A stretch of 32,000 nucleotides of DNA from the NCBI RefSeq assembly GCF_000014785.1, contig NC_008340.1, positions 600,001-632,000 of the forward strand. The letters are read 5' to 3'. The translations under genes were made by a program, and so were the position numbers. The notes beneath the pieces are model-generated. The model had not been told where the DNA came from, ran no database searches, and saw only the letters and a list, made by a program, of their open reading frames with translations. Shown here one piece after another: positions 26,420 to 32,000 of this stretch; the first letter of the stretch is position 1, and each line of letters opens with the position of its first letter. The stretch is from Alkalilimnicola ehrlichii MLHE-1. GTDB taxonomy: Bacteria; Pseudomonadota; Gammaproteobacteria; Nitrococcales; Halorhodospiraceae.

Positions 26420-27625
26420 ATGAGCGATTCCGCCTTCAGCAAAGACAACCGCTGGTTGCTGCCCGAGGGTGTGGACGAGCTGCTGCCCCCCAGGGCCGCC
26501 CAGATGGAGACCCTGCGCCGGCAACTGCTGGACCAGTTCGGTGCCTGGGGCTACGAGCTGGTGATGCCCCCCTTCATCGAATACCTGGACTCGCTGCTCA
26601 CCGGCACCGGGCACGACCTGGATGTGCAGACCTTCAAGCTCACTGACCAGCTCACCGGTCGGTTGATGGGCGTTCGCGCCGACATCACCCCGCAGGTGGC
26701 GCGCATCGATGCCCACCGCCTGCGCCGTGAGGCGCCCTCGCGGCTCTGCTACATCGGCAGCGTCCTGCACGCCCGGCCCGAGGGCATCTCCCGGTCGCGC
26801 AACCCGGTCCAGGTGGGCGCCGAGTTGTTCGGCCACGCGGGGGTCGAGAGCGACATCGAGATCATCAGCCTGGCGGTGGCGAGTCTGCGCACGGCCGGCG
26901 TCGCCCAACCCCACCTGGACCTGGGCCATGTGGGCATCTTCCGCGGTCTGGCCCGGGCCGCCGGCTGCACCCCCGCGCAGGAGGGGGCGCTGCTGGAGGC
27001 ATTGCAACGCAAGGCGGTGGCGGAGATCGATGAGCTTCTCGACGAGGCCGCGATCGACCCGCACTTGCGCCGGATGCTGCGGGCCCTGCCGCAGCTCAAC
27101 GGCGGCCTGGAGGCCCTCGACCATGCCGGCGAGGTATTGGCTGAGGCGCCTCAGGGGGTCCGCCAGGCGCTGCGCACCCTCTGGGGCGTGGCCGCCGGCC
27201 TGGAGCGTCGTCTGCCCGATTTGCCGTTGCACTTCGATCTCGCCGAGCTGCGCGGCTATGGCTACCACACCGGCATCGTATTCGCCGCCCTGGTGCCCGG
27301 ATATGGCTCTGAGGTGGCGCGTGGCGGCCGCTACGACGACATCGGACGGGTGTTCGGAAATCCCCGTCCGGCCACCGGCTTCAGCGCCGACCTGCGGACC
27401 CTGGTCCAGGTCGCCGACGGGCAGCCCGCGGTTCCCGCCGGTAAGGGGGTGCTGGCGCCGTGGGGTGACGAGCCGGACCTGATCAAGGTCATTGAGGCCC
27501 TGCGCGCCGAGGGCGAACGGGTGGTGCAGGAGCTGCCCGGCCAGCAGGGCGGTGCGGCCGCCCAGGGCTGCGACCGCCGGCTGCAGCAGGACGACGGCGG
27601 TGGTTGGGTCACCCGGCCGCTGTAA
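26420..27625 (+). CDS. hisZ: ATP phosphoribosyltransferase regulatory subunit HisZ
   Basis: Frame of ORF 26339..27625. ATG 26420 gives MSDSAFSKDNRWLLPEGVDELLP. HisRS-like core without an anticodon-binding domain (RLCYIGSVLH, GGRYDD). The hflC-hisZ-purA order is as in Pseudomonas. The 26339 start would include the terminator T-run. Confidence 0.88.
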   Translation: MSDSAFSKDNRWLLPEGVDELLPPRAAQMETLRRQLLDQFGAWGYELVMPPFIEYLDSLLTGTGHDLDVQTFKLTDQLTGRLMGVRADITPQVARIDAHRLRREAPSRLCYIGSVLHARPEGISRSRNPVQVGAELFGHAGVESDIEIISLAVASLRTAGVAQPHLDLGHVGIFRGLARAAGCTPAQEGALLEALQRKAVAEIDELLDEAAIDPHLRRMLRALPQLNGGLEALDHAGEVLAEAPQGVRQALRTLWGVAAGLERRLPDLPLHFDLAELRGYGYHTGIVFAALVPGYGSEVARGGRYDDIGRVFGNPRPATGFSADLRTLVQVADGQPAVPAGKGVLAPWGDEPDLIKVIEALRAEGERVVQELPGQQGGAAAQGCDRRLQQDDGGGWVTRPL

Positions 27626-27664
27626 GGGCCGGCGGAGTGCCCGGCAGGGCGGAGACACACTTAA

Positions 27665-28993
<1,329 letters not shown>

Positions 28994-29079
28994 GTCGGGG
29001 CACGCCCCGCAAACTGAACGGCAGCCCCCAACGCCTTGTCCAATCGATATGACCGTCAGCAAGTTGGGGGGTCTACATC

Positions 29080-29544
29080 ATGATCAAGGCAATTCGCGCA
29101 CTTGCCGTGGCGCTTGTGACCGCGCTGTTTTTGGCGGGTTGCGCCCAGCACGGTGGTCCGACGCAAGAGCAGGCTGGCGCCGTTGTGGGCGGTGCACTGG
29201 GTGGCTTGTTGGGAGCCCAGGTGGGCGGCGGTTCGGGGCGAACAGCGGCGATTATCGCCGGCACCCTGGCCGGGGCCGCCATCGGTGGCAACATTGGGCG
29301 GACCATGGACGAGGTGGATCGGCAGCGGACAGCGCAGGCACTGGAAACCCAGCCCGATCACCGGACCAGCCGCTGGCAGAACCCCAATACCGGCCATGAG
29401 TATGCCGTCACGCCCGTCTCGACCCGCGAGACCGGGGGGCGCCCCTGCCGGACGTTTGAGACCGAGGCGATCATCGACGGTCAGCGGGAGACCGTGACCG
29501 GCCAGGCCTGTCGCACGGCCGACGGCCGCTGGGAGATTCAATAA
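29080..29544 (+). CDS. Outer-membrane lipoprotein with a glycine-zipper segment (17-kDa surface-antigen-like) and a C-terminal two-Cys domain
   Basis: 154 aa ORF. Lipobox LFLAGC after a signal peptide, glycine zipper GAVVGGALGGLLGAQVGGGSG...IAGTLAGAAIGGNIG, and a C-terminal RPCRTFETE...GQACRT motif. Confidence 0.7.
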   Translation: MIKAIRALAVALVTALFLAGCAQHGGPTQEQAGAVVGGALGGLLGAQVGGGSGRTAAIIAGTLAGAAIGGNIGRTMDEVDRQRTAQALETQPDHRTSRWQNPNTGHEYAVTPVSTRETGGRPCRTFETEAIIDGQRETVTGQACRTADGRWEIQ

Positions 29545-29547
29545 CCA

Positions 29548-29583
29548 CAAAAAAGGCCGGACCCCTTCGGGCCCGGCCTTTCG
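29548..29583. terminator. Bidirectional rho-independent terminator (lipoprotein gene on +, tRNA-Leu on -)
   Basis: CAAAAAA-AGGCCGGACCC-CTTC-GGGCCCGGCCT-TTCG. A GC-rich hairpin flanked by an A-run on one side (a T-run for the minus-strand tRNA transcript) and TTTCG on the other. Confidence 0.8.
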
Positions 29584-29589
29584 CGGTGT

Positions 29590-29676
29590 TGGTGCCGAGG
29601 AGAGGACTTGAACCTCCACGGGGTTACCCCCACCAGCACCTGAAGCTGGCGCGTCTACCAATTCCGCCACCTCGGC
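29590..29676 (-). tRNA. tRNA-Leu (anticodon CAG)
   Basis: Reverse complement: GCCGAGGTGGCGGAATTGGTAGACGCGCCAGCTTCAGGTGCTGGTGGGGGTAACCCCGTGGAGGTTCAAGTCCTCTCCTCGGCACCA. It is 87 nt with a long variable arm and anticodon loop TT-CAG-GT. It is near-identical in its 5' half to E. coli tRNA-Leu(CAG). Confidence 0.95.
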
Positions 29677-29714
29677 GTGTCGTGGCGAGCTGCGTCACCA
29701 CCGACTGGGCGCAA

Positions 29715-29743
29715 ACTATACGGATCGGGCCCGGTGTCGTCAA
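29715..29743 (-). promoter_or_regulatory. Candidate sigma70 promoter for tRNA-Leu
   Basis: Minus strand: TTGACG (29743-29738), 17-nt spacer, TATAGT (29720-29715), then the GC-rich discriminator TTGCGCCC typical of stable-RNA promoters. It lies ~38 nt upstream of the tRNA 5' end. Confidence 0.65.
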
Positions 29744-29872
29744 CACTTTTCCAGCCCTTTTCCGGGCCGCCATGTTTGCAATGCCCCCGACAGGGCGTAT
29801 CCTTCGGCCCATCGACACGGGTCCGGCTGACAAGCCGCTGACCCCACTTAAGAACAGGACAACAGAGACCGA

Positions 29873-32000
29873 ATGGCAAAACGCAAACGCAGCAAGCTAC
29901 CCGAGCAGGACCCTTACCTCGATCGTGAGCGCCAAAAATACGACCGCCCGGTGCCCAGCCGGGAATACCTGCTGGAGGTGATCGGGGCCCATGGCCGCCC
30001 CTTCACCCGCCAGGAGCTGGCCGATCTGCTCGAACTGAACGACCCCGAACAGCAGGAAGGGCTGCGTCGGCGCCTGCGCGCCATGGAGCGCGACGGGCAA
30101 CTGGTGCGCAACCGCCGGCGCGGCTATGTCATCGTTGACAACCGCGACCTGGTGCGCGGCCGCATCCAGGGGCACCAGAACGGCTCCGGCTGGCTGCGCC
30201 CGGACGATGGCAGTCCCTGGGTCTATCTGCCCCCCAGGCAGATGAAGGCCCTGATGCACGGCGACCGAGCCATCGCCCGGGTGGTGGGCCTGGGTGAGGA
30301 CAAGCGCCCCGAGGGCGAGCTGGTGGAGGTGCTGGAGCGCGCCAACAGCCGGTTGCTGGGCCGCTACTTCGAGGAAAGCGGCATCGGCTTCGTGGTGCCG
30401 GAGAACAAGCGCATGAGTCACGACATCATCGTGCCGGCCCACGAGGGCGCCGATGCGGTGAGCGGGCAGATGGTGGTGGTCGAGATCCGCTCCCAGCCCA
30501 CCGAGCGGCGCCAGCCCATCGGCCAGGTGGTGGAGGTGCTCGGGGAGCACATCGACCCCGGCATGGAGATCAAGGTCGCCGCCGAGACCTACGGCATCCC
30601 CGTGGAATGGCCGGAAGCGGTGGATGCCGAGACCGCTCACCTGGGCGAGGAGGTGCCCGAAGCGGCCAAGGCCGACCGGGTCGACCTGCGCAACACACCG
30701 CTGGTCACCATCGACGGTGCCGACGCCCGGGACTTCGATGACGCCGTCTACTGCGAGCCCACCCCCAGCGGCTGGAAGCTCACCGTGGCCATCGCCGACG
30801 TCTCCCATTACGTCCGCCCAGGCGCTGCCCTGGACGACGAGGCCCGGAACCGCGCCACCTCGGTCTACTTTCCGCGCAACGTGGTGCCCATGCTGCCCGA
30901 GGTGCTCTCCAACGGGCTCTGCTCGCTGAACCCGAAGGTGGATCGGCTGTGCATGGCCTGTGAGATGCTTATCGACCGCAACGGCGAGATCAAGCGCTCA
31001 CGCTTTCTGCGTGGGGTCATGCGCTCGCACGCCCGCTTTACCTACGAGCAGGTCTGGGGGCTGCTCCAGGGCGACGACCCGGAGGGCGCGGCGGAGCACG
31101 CCGAACTGCTGCCCCATCTGCACCACCTCTACGAGCTGTACGGCGCCCTGCGCCAGGCGCGGGAGCGGCGCGGTGCGATCGACTTCGAGAGCAGTGAGGC
31201 CGATATCGAGTTCGATGATCAGGGCCGGATCGTCAACATCGCGCCCACCCGGCGCAACGACATCCACAAGCTCATCGAGGAGTGCATGATCGCAGCCAAC
31301 GTCTGCGCCGCCCGTTTCCTTGAGCGCCAGCGGATCGGGGGGCTTTACCGGGTGCACGACACCCCGCCGGAGGACCGGCTGCTGTCGCTGCGCGAGTTCC
31401 TCAACGGCATCGGCCTGCCCCTGGGCGGCGGTGACAAGCCGCGGGCGGCGGACTACGCCGAGGTGATGCGCAAGGTGCAGGACCGGCCCGACCGCCACCT
31501 GATCGAGACGGTGATGCTGCGCTCCATGCAGGCCGCCGACTACCGGCCGGACAACTCCGGCCACTTCGGCCTGTCGCTGGATGCCTACGCCCACTTCACC
31601 TCCCCCATCCGCCGCTACCCGGACCTGATGGTCCACCGCGCCATCGGCCACATCCTGGACGGCGGCAAGGGGAGCGACTACCCGGTGCGCCACGATGAGC
31701 TGGTGGCCCTGGGCGAGCACTGCTCCACCTGCGAGCGCCGCGCCGACGATGCCACCCGCGACGCGCTGCTGACCCTCAAGTGCGAGTACATGCAGCAGCA
31801 CCTGGGTGACGAGTTCAACGGCGTCATCTCCGGGGTCACCAGCTTTGGCCTGTTCATCGAACTGGAGGACCTGTTCGTGGACGGGCTGGTGCACGTTACC
31901 CAGCTTGAGAGTGATTTCTTCCACTTCGATCCGGCCAGCCACCGCCTGGTCGGCGAGCGCACCGGCAAGGCGTACCAGCTCACCGACCGCGTCCGGGTAA
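29873..32000 (+). CDS. rnr: Ribonuclease R (3'-5' exoribonuclease), 3'-truncated by the window end
   Basis: Absent from the ORF track because no stop codon occurs in the window. I read the frame from ATG 29873 by hand and it stays open to 32000. It starts MAKRKRSKLPEQDPYLDRE and carries RNB motifs IDGADARDFDDAVY, VYFPRNVVPMLPEVLSNGLCSLNP and HFGLSLDAYAHFTSPIRRYPDLMVHR. An S1 domain begins at FNGVISGVTSFGLFIEL. Confidence 0.95.
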   Translation, partial: MAKRKRSKLPEQDPYLDRERQKYDRPVPSREYLLEVIGAHGRPFTRQELADLLELNDPEQQEGLRRRLRAMERDGQLVRNRRRGYVIVDNRDLVRGRIQGHQNGSGWLRPDDGSPWVYLPPRQMKALMHGDRAIARVVGLGEDKRPEGELVEVLERANSRLLGRYFEESGIGFVVPENKRMSHDIIVPAHEGADAVSGQMVVVEIRSQPTERRQPIGQVVEVLGEHIDPGMEIKVAAETYGIPVEWPEAVDAETAHLGEEVPEAAKADRVDLRNTPLVTIDGADARDFDDAVYCEPTPSGWKLTVAIADVSHYVRPGAALDDEARNRATSVYFPRNVVPMLPEVLSNGLCSLNPKVDRLCMACEMLIDRNGEIKRSRFLRGVMRSHARFTYEQVWGLLQGDDPEGAAEHAELLPHLHHLYELYGALRQARERRGAIDFESSEADIEFDDQGRIVNIAPTRRNDIHKLIEECMIAANVCAARFLERQRIGGLYRVHDTPPEDRLLSLREFLNGIGLPLGGGDKPRAADYAEVMRKVQDRPDRHLIETVMLRSMQAADYRPDNSGHFGLSLDAYAHFTSPIRRYPDLMVHRAIGHILDGGKGSDYPVRHDELVALGEHCSTCERRADDATRDALLTLKCEYMQQHLGDEFNGVISGVTSFGLFIELEDLFVDGLVHVTQLESDFFHFDPASHRLVGERTGKAYQLTDRVRV

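Noticed and set aside
29586-29981. A 131 aa plus-strand ORF spanning the tRNA-Leu gene and the rnr 5' region; also minus-strand ORFs 29624..29833 and 29655..29879
   Set aside because: The region is occupied by an unambiguous tRNA-Leu, its promoter and the rnr start. The ORFs read through the tRNA sequence and have no SD or homology.

Overview
This is a dense, high-GC (roughly two-thirds G+C by eye) core-chromosome segment of a gammaproteobacterium. A guess at Chromatiales/Ectothiorhodospiraceae-like, possibly halophilic, rests only on GC content, synteny and acidic protein inserts and is low confidence. I call 31 protein genes, 2 tRNAs, 3 intrinsic terminators, 4 candidate sigma70 promoters and one pair of tandem palindromic repeats.

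The gene order joins three blocks that are also conserved in E. coli and Pseudomonas:
- valS-holC-pepA, divergent from lptF-lptG.
- pcnB-folK-panB-panC-panD.
- queG, divergent from nnr-tsaE-amiB-mutL-miaA-hfq-hflX-hflK-hflC-(hisZ)-purA, with rnr further on.

Several gene pairs have overlapping stop and start codons (ATGA, GTGA, TGATG), which suggests translational coupling. rnr (RNase R) runs off the 3' end of the window and is therefore missing from the supplied ORF track. I recovered it by reading the frame directly.

I found no defence island, prophage, transposase, integrase, CRISPR array or orphan operon. All intergenic gaps are 365 nt or shorter and nearly every ORF is a recognisable housekeeping gene, so I do not claim a novel multi-gene system.

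The most interesting observations are local:
- A family-4 uracil-DNA glycosylase sits at the holD position upstream of rimI, and its N-terminus resembles the clamp-loader-binding peptide of DNA polymerase III psi.
- The conserved N-terminus of hflX has no ATG/GTG/TTG codon, so it probably starts at CTG.
- Two tandem ~85-90 nt palindromic repeat units lie between panD and queG.
- There is a tRNA-Glu with a CUC anticodon.
- HflK carries an acidic ~50 aa insertion.

The many long antisense ORFs in the track are typical high-GC artefacts.
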